Shown here: one piece after another, positions 38,386 to 48,200 of the stretch
Layout of the letters: each line of letters starts with the position of its first letter
How positions within the stretch are numbered: position 1 is the stretch's first letter
Sequence record: OR999189.1
Source: Enterobacteria phage P922
Length of the DNA: 64,000 bases
Strand: one strand, 5' to 3'
Position numbers and translations under genes: made by a program
The notes under the pieces: generated by a model
Told to the model about the DNA's origin: nothing
Database searches by the model: none
The model's input: the letters and a program-made list of their open reading frames with translations, nothing else

Positions 38386-38754
38386 ATGATTGAAATTACT
38401 CTTAAAAAACCTGAAGATTTTCTGAAAGTTAAAGAAACCTTGACTCGCATGGGAATTGCTAATAATAAAGATAAAGTTCTGTATCAATCCTGTCATATTC
38501 TCCAGAAAAAAGGACTATACTATATCGTCCATTTTAAAGAAATGCTTCGTATGGATGGTCGCCAGGTTGAAATGACAGAAGAAGATGAAGTTCGTCGTGA
38601 TTCGATTGCATGGCTGTTAGAAGATTGGGGACTGATTGAAATCGTTCCTGGTCAAAGAACTTTTATGAAAGATTTAACCAATAACTTCCGAGTTATTTCT
38701 TTTAAACAAAAACATGAATGGAAACTCGTTCCAAAATATACGATTGGTAATTAA
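38386..38754 (+). CDS. regA: translational repressor RegA
   Basis: 122 aa, MIEITLKKPEDFLKVKETLTRMGIANNKDKVLYQSCHILQKKGLYYIVHFKEM... Confidence 0.9.
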   Translation: MIEITLKKPEDFLKVKETLTRMGIANNKDKVLYQSCHILQKKGLYYIVHFKEMLRMDGRQVEMTEEDEVRRDSIAWLLEDWGLIEIVPGQRTFMKDLTNNFRVISFKQKHEWKLVPKYTIGN

Positions 38755-38755
38755 T

Positions 38756-38977
38756 ATGACTGCTATAACCCCACAAGAATACATGGCGTCTCTTAAAGAA
38801 AAATATAATCTTTCTGCAACAGAAACACTTTTTGATTTACCAGAAAATCTCCAACTAAAATTTCAGGTAGAATTTCAAAAATTAGTTCACCCAGAACAAA
38901 AACACTTTACCGCAGTGGTTAAGTCAATTAATGCAGATGGATTGACAATTTTTCACCGACAAATGGTATTAATTTAA
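38756..38977 (+). CDS. hypothetical small protein
   Basis: ORF track 38714..38977; ATG 38756 overlaps regA stop. Confidence 0.45.
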   Translation: MTAITPQEYMASLKEKYNLSATETLFDLPENLQLKFQVEFQKLVHPEQKHFTAVVKSINADGLTIFHRQMVLI

Positions 38978-38981
38978 GCAA

Positions 38982-39000
38982 GGGGCTTCGGCCCCTTATT
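38982..39000 (+). terminator. rho-independent terminator
   Basis: GGGGC-TTCG-GCCCC then TTATTT. Confidence 0.7.
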
Positions 39001-39017
39001 TGGAGTATAATATATCA

Positions 39018-39055
39018 AGAGCCTAATAACTCGGGCTATAAACTAAGGAATATCT
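39018..39055 (+). promoter_or_regulatory. gene 43 translational operator-like hairpin plus RBS
   Basis: AGAGCCTAATAACTCGGGCT hairpin then AAGGAA RBS directly upstream of gene 43; resembles the T4 gp43 autoregulatory operator as I recall it. Confidence 0.45.
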
Positions 39056-41752
39056 ATGAAAGAATTTTATATCTCTATCGAAACAGTCGGAAATAATATT
39101 GTTGAGCGTTATATTGATGAAAACGGAAAGGAACGTACTCGTGAAGTAGAATATCTTCCGACTATGTTTAGGCATTGTAAGGAAGAGTCAAAGTACAAAG
39201 ACATTTACGGTAAAAATTGCGCTCCTCAAAAATTTCCATCAATGAAAGATGCACGAGATTGGATGAAACGAATGGAAGACATCGGTCTCGAAGCTCTTGG
39301 TATGAACGATTTTAAACTCGCTTATATCAGTGATACATATGGTTCAGAAATTGTTTATGACCGAAAATTTGTTCGTGTAGCTAACTGCGACATTGAGGTT
39401 ACTGGTGATAAATTTCCTGACCCAATGAAAGCAGAATATGAAATTGATGCTATCACTCATTATGATTCAATTGACGACCGTTTTTACGTCTTTGATTTGT
39501 TGAATTCAATGTACGGTTCAGTATCAAAATGGGATGCAAAGTTAGCTGCTAAGCTTGACTGTGAAGGTGGTGATGAAGTTCCTCAAGAAATTCTTGACCG
39601 AGTAATTTATATGCCATTCGATAATGAGCGTGATATGCTCATGGAATATATTAATCTCTGGGAACAGAAACGACCTGCTATTTTTACTGGTTGGAATATT
39701 GAGGGATTTGACGTTCCGTATATCATGAATCGTGTTAAAATGGTTCTCGGTGAACGCAGTATGAAACGTTTCTCTCCAATCGGTCGAGTAAAATCTAAAT
39801 TAATTCAAAATATGTACGGTAGCAAAGAAATTTATTCTATTGATGGCGTATCTATTCTTGATTATTTAGATTTGTACAAGAAATTCGCATTTACTAATTT
39901 GCCATCGTTCTCTTTGGAATCAGTTGCTCAACATGAAACCAAAAAAGGTAAATTACCGTACGATGGTCCTATTAATAAACTTCGTGAGACTAATCATCAA
40001 CGATACATTAGTTATAACATTATTGACGTAGAATCAGTTCAAGCAATTGATAAAATTCGTGGGTTTATCGATCTAGTTTTAAGTATGTCTTATTACGCTA
40101 AAATGCCTTTTTCTGGTGTAATGAGTCCTATTAAAACTTGGGATGCTATTATTTTTAACTCACTGAAAGGTGAACATAAGGTTATTCCTCAACAAGGTTC
40201 GCACGTTAAACAGAGTTTTCCAGGTGCATTTGTGTTTGAACCTAAACCGATTGCTCGTCGATACATTATGAGTTTTGACTTGACGTCTCTGTATCCTAGC
40301 ATTATTCGTCAGGTTAACATTAGTCCTGAGACTATTCGTGGGCAGTTTAAAGTTCATCCAATTCATGAATATATCGCAGGAACAGCTCCTAAGCCAAGTG
40401 ATGAATATTCTTGTTCTCCGAATGGATGGATGTATGATAAGCATCAAGAAGGTATCATTCCAAAGGAAATCGCTAAAGTATTTTTCCAACGTAAAGATTG
40501 GAAAAAGAAAATGTTCGCTGAAGAAATGAATGCCGAAGCTATTAAAAAGATTATTATGAAAGGTGCAGGGTCTTGTTCAACTAAACCAGAAGTTGAACGA
40601 TATGTTAAGTTCAATGATGATTTCTTAAATGAACTATCAAATTATACTGAATCTGTTCTTAATAGTCTGATCGAAGAATGCGAAAAAGCTGCTACACTTG
40701 CTAACACAAATCAGCTGAACCGTAAAATTCTTATTAACAGTCTTTATGGTGCTCTTGGTAATATTCATTTCCGTTACTATGATTTGCGAAATGCTACTGC
40801 TATCACAATTTTCGGTCAAGTTGGTATTCAGTGGATTGCTCGTAAAATTAATGAGTATCTAAATAAAGTGTGTGGAACTGATGGTGAAGATTTCATCGCC
40901 GCGGGTGATACTGATTCGGTATATGTTTGTGTAGATAAAGTTATTGAAAAAGTAGGTCTTGACCGCTTTAAAGAACAAAATGATTTAGTTGAATTCATGA
41001 ATCAGTTTGGTAAGAAAAAGATGGAACCTATGATTGATGTTGCATATCGTGAGTTATGTGATTATATGAATAACCGCGAGCATCTGATGCATATGGACCG
41101 TGAAGCTATTTCTTGCCCTCCGCTTGGTTCAAAGGGCGTTGGTGGATTTTGGAAAGCGAAAAAACGTTATGCTCTGAACGTTTATGATATGGAAGATAAG
41201 CGATTTGCTGAACCACATCTAAAAATCATGGGTATGGAAACTCAGCAGAGTTCAACACCAAAAGCAGTACAAGAAGCTCTCGAAGAAAGTATTCGTCGTA
41301 TTCTTCAGGAAGGCGAAGAGTCTGTCCAAGAATACTATAAGAACTTTGAGAAAGAATACCGTCAACTTGACTATAAAGTTATTGCTGAAGTAAAAACCGC
41401 GAACGATATAGCGAAATATGATGATAAAGGTTGGCCAGGGTTTAAATGCCCGTTCCATATTCGTGGTGTACTAACTTATCGTCGAGCTGTTAGTGGTTTA
41501 GGTGTAGCTCCAATTTTGGATGGAAATAAGGTAATGGTTCTTCCATTACGTGAGGGAAATCCATTTGGTGACAAGTGTATTGCTTGGCCGTCGGGCACAG
41601 AACTTCCAAAAGAAATTCGTTCTGATGTACTGTCTTGGATTGACTACTCAACTTTGTTCCAAAAATCGTTTGTTAAACCGCTTGCGGGCATGTGTGAATC
41701 GGCAGGTATGGACTATGAGGAAAAAGCTTCGTTAGACTTCCTGTTTGGCTGA
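39056..41752 (+). CDS. 43: DNA polymerase gp43 (family B)
   Basis: 898 aa; exonuclease and polymerase motifs DxxSLYPS, KILINSLYGALG, GDTDS. Confidence 0.97.
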   Translation: MKEFYISIETVGNNIVERYIDENGKERTREVEYLPTMFRHCKEESKYKDIYGKNCAPQKFPSMKDARDWMKRMEDIGLEALGMNDFKLAYISDTYGSEIVYDRKFVRVANCDIEVTGDKFPDPMKAEYEIDAITHYDSIDDRFYVFDLLNSMYGSVSKWDAKLAAKLDCEGGDEVPQEILDRVIYMPFDNERDMLMEYINLWEQKRPAIFTGWNIEGFDVPYIMNRVKMVLGERSMKRFSPIGRVKSKLIQNMYGSKEIYSIDGVSILDYLDLYKKFAFTNLPSFSLESVAQHETKKGKLPYDGPINKLRETNHQRYISYNIIDVESVQAIDKIRGFIDLVLSMSYYAKMPFSGVMSPIKTWDAIIFNSLKGEHKVIPQQGSHVKQSFPGAFVFEPKPIARRYIMSFDLTSLYPSIIRQVNISPETIRGQFKVHPIHEYIAGTAPKPSDEYSCSPNGWMYDKHQEGIIPKEIAKVFFQRKDWKKKMFAEEMNAEAIKKIIMKGAGSCSTKPEVERYVKFNDDFLNELSNYTESVLNSLIEECEKAATLANTNQLNRKILINSLYGALGNIHFRYYDLRNATAITIFGQVGIQWIARKINEYLNKVCGTDGEDFIAAGDTDSVYVCVDKVIEKVGLDRFKEQNDLVEFMNQFGKKKMEPMIDVAYRELCDYMNNREHLMHMDREAISCPPLGSKGVGGFWKAKKRYALNVYDMEDKRFAEPHLKIMGMETQQSSTPKAVQEALEESIRRILQEGEESVQEYYKNFEKEYRQLDYKVIAEVKTANDIAKYDDKGWPGFKCPFHIRGVLTYRRAVSGLGVAPILDGNKVMVLPLREGNPFGDKCIAWPSGTELPKEIRSDVLSWIDYSTLFQKSFVKPLAGMCESAGMDYEEKASLDFLFG

Positions 41753-41765
41753 TAGAATAAATCTA

Positions 41766-41787
41766 GGGACCTCCGGGTCCCTTTTTC
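41766..41787 (+). terminator. rho-independent terminator
   Basis: GGGACC-TCCG-GGTCCC then TTTTT. Confidence 0.8.
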
Positions 41788-41869
41788 ATACAAGTAATAT
41801 AAATCTATACTTAGGAAAAATAGATGATTCTGGACCTCTGGAATTCATTAAAAAATTTTTCACAAAACT

Positions 41870-41899
41870 GTTTACATCCCGGTTCCTTTGTGGTACTAT
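41870..41899 (+). promoter_or_regulatory. early promoter
   Basis: GTTTAC 41870-41875, 18 nt, TACTAT 41894-41899; flanks shared with promoter at 14043. Confidence 0.55.
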
Positions 41900-41933
41900 A
41901 CAACTATCAACTGATGCGGATTTGGAGAATGAA

Positions 41934-42314
41934 ATGAAAATCGCTATTTTGGTTATTGCATTGGGTCTTACTGGTTGTGTAGCTCAAGGACCAGTAGTAA
42001 ATCAGTCTGATGTAGGAAAAATTGTAAACTGTTCAAGCAAATTTTATAATCCTAACGTCAAGTGTTATAAAGAGGCTCCAAAACAGACAGTAGAACAAAT
42101 GCAGGCGAATTTTGACGAAGCTATTCGTCCAGATGAATCTGCACAAGCATATCGTAATTCAGATGTGATTACGCGTGAAGAAAAAATTGAAAACTACTGT
42201 GCTGAACTTTGGGCAAATTGGGCTAATAATTACCAATGGCGTACTGGTAAAAATGCTCCGATGGAGTATGTAGTAAATTCTTATAATTCATGTGTAAAAA
42301 ATTTGACTAAGTGA
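41934..42314 (+). CDS. lipoprotein (imm.1 position)
   Basis: MKIAILVIALGLTGC signal peptide with lipobox; ATG 41934 inside track ORF 41745..42314. Confidence 0.6.
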   Translation: MKIAILVIALGLTGCVAQGPVVNQSDVGKIVNCSSKFYNPNVKCYKEAPKQTVEQMQANFDEAIRPDESAQAYRNSDVITREEKIENYCAELWANWANNYQWRTGKNAPMEYVVNSYNSCVKNLTK

Positions 42315-42321
42315 GGAAAAC

Positions 42322-42573
42322 ATGGAAACTTTAGTAGCAGGTTCAATTTTTATGGTTTTAGTTTCAGGCGTGTTGGCTATTATTATATACATGCTTCCGT
42401 GGTTCATCGCCTTGATGCGTGGGTCAAAATCGACAGTAGGAATCTTTTTCACGTCTTTACTGTTTAACTGGTCAATTATTGGTTGGTTTATTACCTTTAT
42501 TTGGTCAATTGCGGGTGAAACTAAAAAATCTGTACAGCAAAATCAAGTAATTATCATCAGAGAGAAGGAATGA
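42322..42573 (+). CDS. imm: superinfection immunity membrane protein Imm
   Basis: 83 aa, two hydrophobic helices; matches T4 Imm in size and position. Confidence 0.75.
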   Translation: METLVAGSIFMVLVSGVLAIIIYMLPWFIALMRGSKSTVGIFFTSLLFNWSIIGWFITFIWSIAGETKKSVQQNQVIIIREKE

Positions 42574-42719
42574 AAAGCAAAATTTTAGCAGTATTGCTTT
42601 TAATCTTGATGATTATAATAAGTATATACTATAGCGTAACAGTTCCTTGTATGATTCCAACGCTTATTATAGGGTGGAGTTTATTACTGTTACAAGTTAA
42701 ATATGAATGCATCAATTGA
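42570..42719 (+). CDS. 49-aa membrane peptide
   Basis: MKSKILAVLLLILMIIISIYYSVTVPCMIPTLIIGWSLLLLQVKYECIN; GAAGGA RBS; ATGA overlap with imm stop. Confidence 0.35.
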   Translation: MKSKILAVLLLILMIIISIYYSVTVPCMIPTLIIGWSLLLLQVKYECIN

Positions 42720-42726
42720 GGTTTAA

Positions 42727-43467
42727 ATGATTAACGATTATATGACAGTTGAAGAAATCCGTCTTGATTTGGGTCTTGCATTAAAGGAAAAAGATTTCGT
42801 AATTGATAAAACCGGTGTTAAAACTATTGAAATTATTGGTGCATCATTTGTAGCAGATGAACCTTTTATTTTTGGCGCTCTTAATGATGAATACATTCAG
42901 CGTGAACTTGAATGGTATAAGTCTCAAAGTTTGTTTGTTAAAGATATTCCAGGTGAAACACCAAAGATTTGGCAGCAGGTAGCATCTTCTAAAGGCGAAA
43001 TTAACTCGAATTATGGTTGGGCCATCTGGTCAGAAGATAACTATGCCCAATATGATATGTGTTTAGCTGAACTTGGTCAAAATCCTGATTCTCGACGTGG
43101 TATCATGATTTATACTCGTCCATCCATGCAGTTTGACTACAATAAAGATGGCATGTCAGATTTCATGTGTACGAATACAGTACAGTATCTGATTCGTGAT
43201 AAGAAAGTCAATGCAGTAGTAAGCATGCGTTCAAATGACGTGGTCTTCGGATTCCGTAATGATTATGCATGGCAAAAATACGTACTAGATAAATTAGTAT
43301 CTGATTTGAATGCAGGTGATTCAATTCGTCAGTATAAAGCAGGTTCCATTATATGGAATGTCGGAAGCCTTCATGTGTATTCCCGTCATTTTTATTTGGT
43401 TGACCATTGGTGGAAAACTGGCGAAACTCATATTGCGAAAAAAGATTATAACGGTGAGTGGAAATGA
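42727..43467 (+). CDS. 42: dCMP hydroxymethylase gp42
   Basis: 246 aa, thymidylate-synthase-like; between imm and the glucosyltransferase. Confidence 0.93.
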   Translation: MINDYMTVEEIRLDLGLALKEKDFVIDKTGVKTIEIIGASFVADEPFIFGALNDEYIQRELEWYKSQSLFVKDIPGETPKIWQQVASSKGEINSNYGWAIWSEDNYAQYDMCLAELGQNPDSRRGIMIYTRPSMQFDYNKDGMSDFMCTNTVQYLIRDKKVNAVVSMRSNDVVFGFRNDYAWQKYVLDKLVSDLNAGDSIRQYKAGSIIWNVGSLHVYSRHFYLVDHWWKTGETHIAKKDYNGEWK

Positions 43468-44306
43468 TTCAATTCGTAATTCCAAGTTATCAACGCGTAG
43501 GGGCAGTTTCTGCCCTTGATATGTTTCCATCTGATTATGAACCTCATATTGTAGTACGTAAACACGAAGAAAAAGCTTATTATGATGCTTATGGGTCTAG
43601 AGCTAAAATTATAACTATTCCTGATGATGTTAATGGAATTGCTGGTACTCGTAAAGCAATTACTGATATGTATGCAGGCCAACGAATCTGGATGATTGAT
43701 GATGATACTACTATTCGTATGAGTTCAATGCGAAAGAAAGATGATCGTCGTTGCGTAGATAAAATTAATCAATTAACTCGTGAACAGTTCTATGAATTGA
43801 TTCAATACGTTGAAGATGCCATGGATTGTGGGTATTATCACGGTCATGCTCGTCTACCTATTTTTAAAATTACTTCATCTTGGGGTAATTATCGTGAAAA
43901 TTCATATGGATTCACGAATACCTGGTATGACCTCGGAAAACTTACAACAGAACAAATTGGGTATGGAAAAATTGATTTATGCGAAGATATGTATGCATTT
44001 CTCAATTTAATTAATCAAGGTTATCCGCATTTGGCCTTGTTCAAATATCTGGTTGTATCTGGAAAAGCACAAGCTCCAGGCGGATGTAGCTCAATTCGTA
44101 GTAATTCTAAACATAATAGAGCTCTTGAGCAAATCAATAGAGAGTTTCCAGAGCAAGCTCGTTGGAAAACATCGAATATTGAAAAGAGAAAATCGTTGGG
44201 TGAAGAAGACGAGCCATTAAAGGTTCTTCGCATGTGTGTTTCGCGCAAAGAAAAATCAGAAGCGTTTCATAAGTTTAATGCTATTCATCCAATAGCAGTT
44301 GATTAA
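43464..44306 (+). CDS. glycosyltransferase at the beta-gt locus (non-T4 type)
   Basis: 280 aa, DxD-like WMIDDDTTI; does not resemble T4 beta-GT as I recall it. Confidence 0.6.
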   Translation: MIQFVIPSYQRVGAVSALDMFPSDYEPHIVVRKHEEKAYYDAYGSRAKIITIPDDVNGIAGTRKAITDMYAGQRIWMIDDDTTIRMSSMRKKDDRRCVDKINQLTREQFYELIQYVEDAMDCGYYHGHARLPIFKITSSWGNYRENSYGFTNTWYDLGKLTTEQIGYGKIDLCEDMYAFLNLINQGYPHLALFKYLVVSGKAQAPGGCSSIRSNSKHNRALEQINREFPEQARWKTSNIEKRKSLGEEDEPLKVLRMCVSRKEKSEAFHKFNAIHPIAVD

Positions 44307-44383
44307 TGCCTAAATTTATTGTGTTATAATTACTCTATCTTTAACCAGTGAGGAAAATATAATGATGCCTATGGAAAAAATGA

Positions 44384-45565
44384 ATGTCTATTGCAGATTT
44401 AAAATCCCGTTTGATTAAAGCTTCCACTTCTAAAATGACTGCTGAACTGACTACATCTAAATTCTTTAATGAAAAGGATGTAATCCGTACAAAAATCCCA
44501 ATGCTTAATATCGCTATTTCCGGTGCGATTGATGGTGGAATGCAGTCTGGTTTAACCATTTTTGCAGGTCCTTCTAAACACTTTAAATCAAATATGTCTT
44601 TGACTATGGTTGCGGCGTATTTGAACAAATATCCTGACGCGGTATGTTTATTCTATGATAGCGAATTTGGTATTACTCCAGCTTATTTGCGATCCATGGG
44701 AGTTGACCCGGAACGAGTAATTCATACACCAATTCAGTCAGTTGAACAGCTGAAAATTGATATGGTGAATCAGCTTGAAGCTATTGAGCGCGGTGAAAAA
44801 GTTATTGTATTCATCGACTCAATCGGTAATATGGCTTCTAAGAAAGAAACGGAAGATGCCTTGAATGAAAAATCTGTGGCAGATATGACTCGTGCTAAAT
44901 CACTGAAGTCATTATTCCGTATTGTTACTCCTTATTTTAGTATTAAAAACATTCCATGTGTTGCGGTTAACCATACAATTGAAACAATTGAAATGTTTAG
45001 TAAAACCGTGATGACAGGTGGTACAGGCGTAATGTATTCGGCTGATACTGTATTCATTATCGGTAAGCGCCAGATTAAAGATGGTTCTGATCTTCAGGGG
45101 TATCAATTTGTTCTAAATGTAGAAAAATCTCGTACTGTTAAAGAAAAAAGTAAATTCTTTATTGATGTTAAATTTGACGGTGGTATCGATCCTTATTCTG
45201 GATTGTTAGATATGGCTCTTGAATTAGGATTTGTAGTAAAACCTAAAAATGGTTGGTATGCTCGTGAATTTCTTGACGAAGAAACCGGTGAGATGATTCG
45301 CGAAGAAAAATCTTGGCGTGCAAAAGATACCAATTGCACTACATTCTGGGGTCCTTTATTTAAGCATCAACCATTCCGAGATGCTATTAAACGTGCTTAT
45401 CAGTTAGGTGCTATTGATAGTAATGAAATTGTTGAAGCTGAAGTCGATGAATTGATTAACTCAAAGGTTGAAAAATTTAAATCTCCAGAAAGTAAAAGTA
45501 AATCAGCAGCTGATTTAGAAACTGACCTAGATCAGTTAAGTGATATGGAAGAATTTAATGAATAA
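44384..45565 (+). CDS. uvsX: recombinase UvsX (RecA-like)
   Basis: 393 aa, MSIADLKSRLIKASTS..., Walker A GPSKHFKS. Confidence 0.96.
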   Translation: MSIADLKSRLIKASTSKMTAELTTSKFFNEKDVIRTKIPMLNIAISGAIDGGMQSGLTIFAGPSKHFKSNMSLTMVAAYLNKYPDAVCLFYDSEFGITPAYLRSMGVDPERVIHTPIQSVEQLKIDMVNQLEAIERGEKVIVFIDSIGNMASKKETEDALNEKSVADMTRAKSLKSLFRIVTPYFSIKNIPCVAVNHTIETIEMFSKTVMTGGTGVMYSADTVFIIGKRQIKDGSDLQGYQFVLNVEKSRTVKEKSKFFIDVKFDGGIDPYSGLLDMALELGFVVKPKNGWYAREFLDEETGEMIREEKSWRAKDTNCTTFWGPLFKHQPFRDAIKRAYQLGAIDSNEIVEAEVDELINSKVEKFKSPESKSKSAADLETDLDQLSDMEEFNE

Positions 45566-45902
45566 AGATGATTTAGATTTAGATCTAGAGACTATCGATG
45601 AATCCCCCTCTTCGGAGGGGGAAGAAGAAAGAAAAGAACGTCTTTTTAATGAATCTCTTAAGATAATTAAATCTGCTATGGAAAATGTTATCCAGGAGAT
45701 TGTTATTAAACTAGAAGACGGTTCTACACACATTGTGTATGTGACAAAATTAAATTGGGTTGATGGAAAAGTCGTAATGGACTTTGCTGTTCTTGACCAA
45801 GAAAGAAAAGCTGAATTAGCTCCTCATGTAGAAAAATGTATTACAATGCAACTACAAGATGCATTTAATAAAAGGTCAAAGAAAAAATTTAAATTCTTTT
45901 AA
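45558..45902 (+). CDS. 40: head vertex assembly chaperone gp40
   Basis: 114 aa; ATG 45558 overlaps uvsX end. Confidence 0.65.
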   Translation: MNKDDLDLDLETIDESPSSEGEEERKERLFNESLKIIKSAMENVIQEIVIKLEDGSTHIVYVTKLNWVDGKVVMDFAVLDQERKAELAPHVEKCITMQLQDAFNKRSKKKFKFF

Positions 45903-45911
45903 GGAGTAAGT

Positions 45912-47339
45912 GTGGTAGAAATTATTCTTTCTCATCTCATATTTGATCAAGCTTATTTTTCAAAAGTTTGGCCATATATGGATTCAGAATATTTTGAAAG
46001 TGGTCCAGCTAAAAATACATTCAAATTAATTAAATCTCATGTCAATGAGTACCATAGCGTTCCATCTATTAATGCGTTAAATGTTGCATTAGAAAATAGT
46101 TCATTTACTGAAACAGAATATTCTGGTGTAAAAACACTTATTTCGAAACTAACCGATTCTCCGGAAGACCATAGCTGGTTAGTAAAAGAAACAGAAAAAT
46201 ATGTTCAGCAAAGGGCGATGTTTAACGCCACATCTAAAATAATTGAAATTCAAACTAATGCTGAGCTTCCTCCGGAAAAACGAAATAAGAAAATGCCAGA
46301 TGTAGGTGCTATTCCTGACATCATGCGTCAAGCATTATCAATTTCATTTGATAGCTACGTTGGTCATGATTGGATGGATGACTACGAAGCACGTTGGCTA
46401 TCTTATATGAATAAAGCTCGTAAGGTTCCATTTAAACTCAAAATTCTAAATAAAATTACTAAAGGTGGAGCTGAGACTGGAACACTGAACGTTTTAATGG
46501 CTGGTGTTAACGTTGGTAAGTCATTAGGTCTGTGTTCATTGGCAGCAGATTATTTACAGCTCGGTCATAATGTTCTTTACATTTCAATGGAAATGGCAGA
46601 AGAAGTCTGTGCTAAGCGTATTGATGCTAATATGCTTGATGTTTCTCTTGATGACATTGATGATGGGCATATTTCTTACGCTGAGTATAAAGGAAAAATG
46701 GAAAAATGGCGTGAGAAATCTACTCTCGGTCGTTTAATCGTTAAACAGTATCCTACTGGTGGAGCAGACGCTAATACATTTCGATCGCTTTTAAACGAAT
46801 TAAAGCTCAAGAAGAATTTTGTTCCAACAATCATTATTGTTGACTATCTAGGTATTTGTAAATCTTGCCGCATCAGAGTTTATTCAGAAAATAGTTACAC
46901 AACTGTTAAAGCTATCGCAGAGGAATTGCGTGCTCTGGCTGTTGAAACCGAAACTGTTCTTTGGACTGCAGCGCAGGTTGGTAAGCAAGCTTGGGATTCT
47001 TCTGATGTTAACATGAGCGATATTGCAGAATCTGCCGGTCTTCCAGCAACAGCCGATTTTATGCTTGCGGTCATTGAAACCGAGGAGTTAGCAGCGGCTG
47101 AACAACAACTCATTAAGCAAATCAAATCACGATATGGTGATAAGAATAAATGGAATAAGTTTTTGATGGGTGTTCAAAAAGGAAATCAGAAATGGGTAGA
47201 AATTGAACAAGATTCTACTCCAACTGAAGTGAACGAAGTAGCAGGTTCACAGCAGATTCAGGCTGAACAGAACCGCTATCAAAGAAATGAATCGGCTCGA
47301 GCTCAGTTAGATGCTTTAGCAAACGAATTAAAATTTTAG
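45912..47339 (+). CDS. 41: replicative DNA helicase gp41 (DnaB-like)
   Basis: 475 aa, GTG start, MVEIILSHLIFDQAYFSKVW...; Walker A GVNVGKS. Confidence 0.96.
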   Translation: MVEIILSHLIFDQAYFSKVWPYMDSEYFESGPAKNTFKLIKSHVNEYHSVPSINALNVALENSSFTETEYSGVKTLISKLTDSPEDHSWLVKETEKYVQQRAMFNATSKIIEIQTNAELPPEKRNKKMPDVGAIPDIMRQALSISFDSYVGHDWMDDYEARWLSYMNKARKVPFKLKILNKITKGGAETGTLNVLMAGVNVGKSLGLCSLAADYLQLGHNVLYISMEMAEEVCAKRIDANMLDVSLDDIDDGHISYAEYKGKMEKWREKSTLGRLIVKQYPTGGADANTFRSLLNELKLKKNFVPTIIIVDYLGICKSCRIRVYSENSYTTVKAIAEELRALAVETETVLWTAAQVGKQAWDSSDVNMSDIAESAGLPATADFMLAVIETEELAAAEQQLIKQIKSRYGDKNKWNKFLMGVQKGNQKWVEIEQDSTPTEVNEVAGSQQIQAEQNRYQRNESARAQLDALANELKF

Positions 47340-47368
47340 TTTACAAGCTGACAAGACTATGGTATAGT
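47339..47368 (+). promoter_or_regulatory. early promoter with inverted repeat around -10
   Basis: GTTTAC 47339-47344, 18 nt, TATAGT 47363-47368; CAAGACT...AGTCTTG flanks the -10. Confidence 0.55.
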
Positions 47369-47397
47369 AGTCTTGTTGGTTAAATGAGGAGATTGTT

Positions 47398-47580
47398 ATG
47401 GAATTGGTAAAGGTAGTTTTTATGGGGTGGTTTAAGAATGAAAGCATGTTTACTAAAGAAATCACAATGATGAAAGATGACGTTCAATGGGCTACTACTC
47501 AATATGCTGAAGTTAATAAAGCATTAGTTAAAGCTTTCATTGATGACAAGAAAGTATGCGAAGTGGATTGCCGAGGATAA
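47398..47580 (+). CDS. dmd: Dmd-like antitoxin (61.5 position)
   Basis: 60 aa, first ORF after gene 41 as in T4; identity from position and size. Confidence 0.65.
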   Translation: MELVKVVFMGWFKNESMFTKEITMMKDDVQWATTQYAEVNKALVKAFIDDKKVCEVDCRG

Positions 47581-47581
47581 T

Positions 47582-47824
47582 ATGCACATTGTTTTATTTA
47601 AACCTACTCCGTATAATGTCAGGAAAAATACTCAATTCAAAGCACTTGTTGCAGATACGTGGGAATTGGTGTTAGATATTCCAGCAGAAGAAAGTCCTCC
47701 ATTTGGTCGAGTGGAATTTATTAAGTTTGCTGTGCGCCCTACGAAGCGACAGATTCGCCAATGCAAAAGATACTTTCGTAAAATCGTCAAGTTAGAGAAA
47801 CAGTTATTGATGCTAGTAAAATAG
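47582..47824 (+). CDS. hypothetical small basic protein
   Basis: ORF track 47540..47824; ATG 47582 with GAGGATAAT RBS. Confidence 0.5.
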   Translation: MHIVLFKPTPYNVRKNTQFKALVADTWELVLDIPAEESPPFGRVEFIKFAVRPTKRQIRQCKRYFRKIVKLEKQLLMLVK

Positions 47825-47826
47825 TA

Positions 47827-47856
47827 GTTTACAAGCTGATAGAGTTGTGTTATAGT
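47827..47856 (+). promoter_or_regulatory. early promoter with inverted repeat around -10
   Basis: GTTTAC 47827-47832, 18 nt, TATAGT 47851-47856; CTGATAG...CTATCAG inverted repeat. Confidence 0.55.
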
Positions 47857-47887
47857 AATTCTATCAGCTAATCGCGGAGAAAAGAAA

Positions 47888-48142
47888 ATGATGCTAGTTA
47901 ATAGAGAATATCAGTTTAAATCAGAAGAACATTTGGAAAAATTCGCAAGTGGTTGTGAACTGAATAGACGCACAGCTAAAGTCATAGGATTAAAACCCTT
48001 TACAGTTCTAGATTGTGAAGTTTCTAAATTCCGCAGAGGGTGTTCTATTAGCGGTCATGCTCTGGTTGATGGGAACACATTTTTCTTTGTTTTTAGCGTC
48101 AGAGAACTTTTATTGATTAACGAACTTGAGGAAATAAAATAG
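47888..48142 (+). CDS. hypothetical small protein on its own promoter cassette
   Basis: ORF track; GGAGAAAAG RBS. Confidence 0.5.
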   Translation: MMLVNREYQFKSEEHLEKFASGCELNRRTAKVIGLKPFTVLDCEVSKFRRGCSISGHALVDGNTFFFVFSVRELLLINELEEIK

Positions 48143-48200
48143 TTTACTTTTGTTGGAAATTGAGATACTATTATAAACATAAACTACTGAGGAGATTATC

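Noticed and set aside
40160-40489. 109-aa minus-strand ORF
   Set aside because: Inside the DNA polymerase gene 43; antisense shadow.
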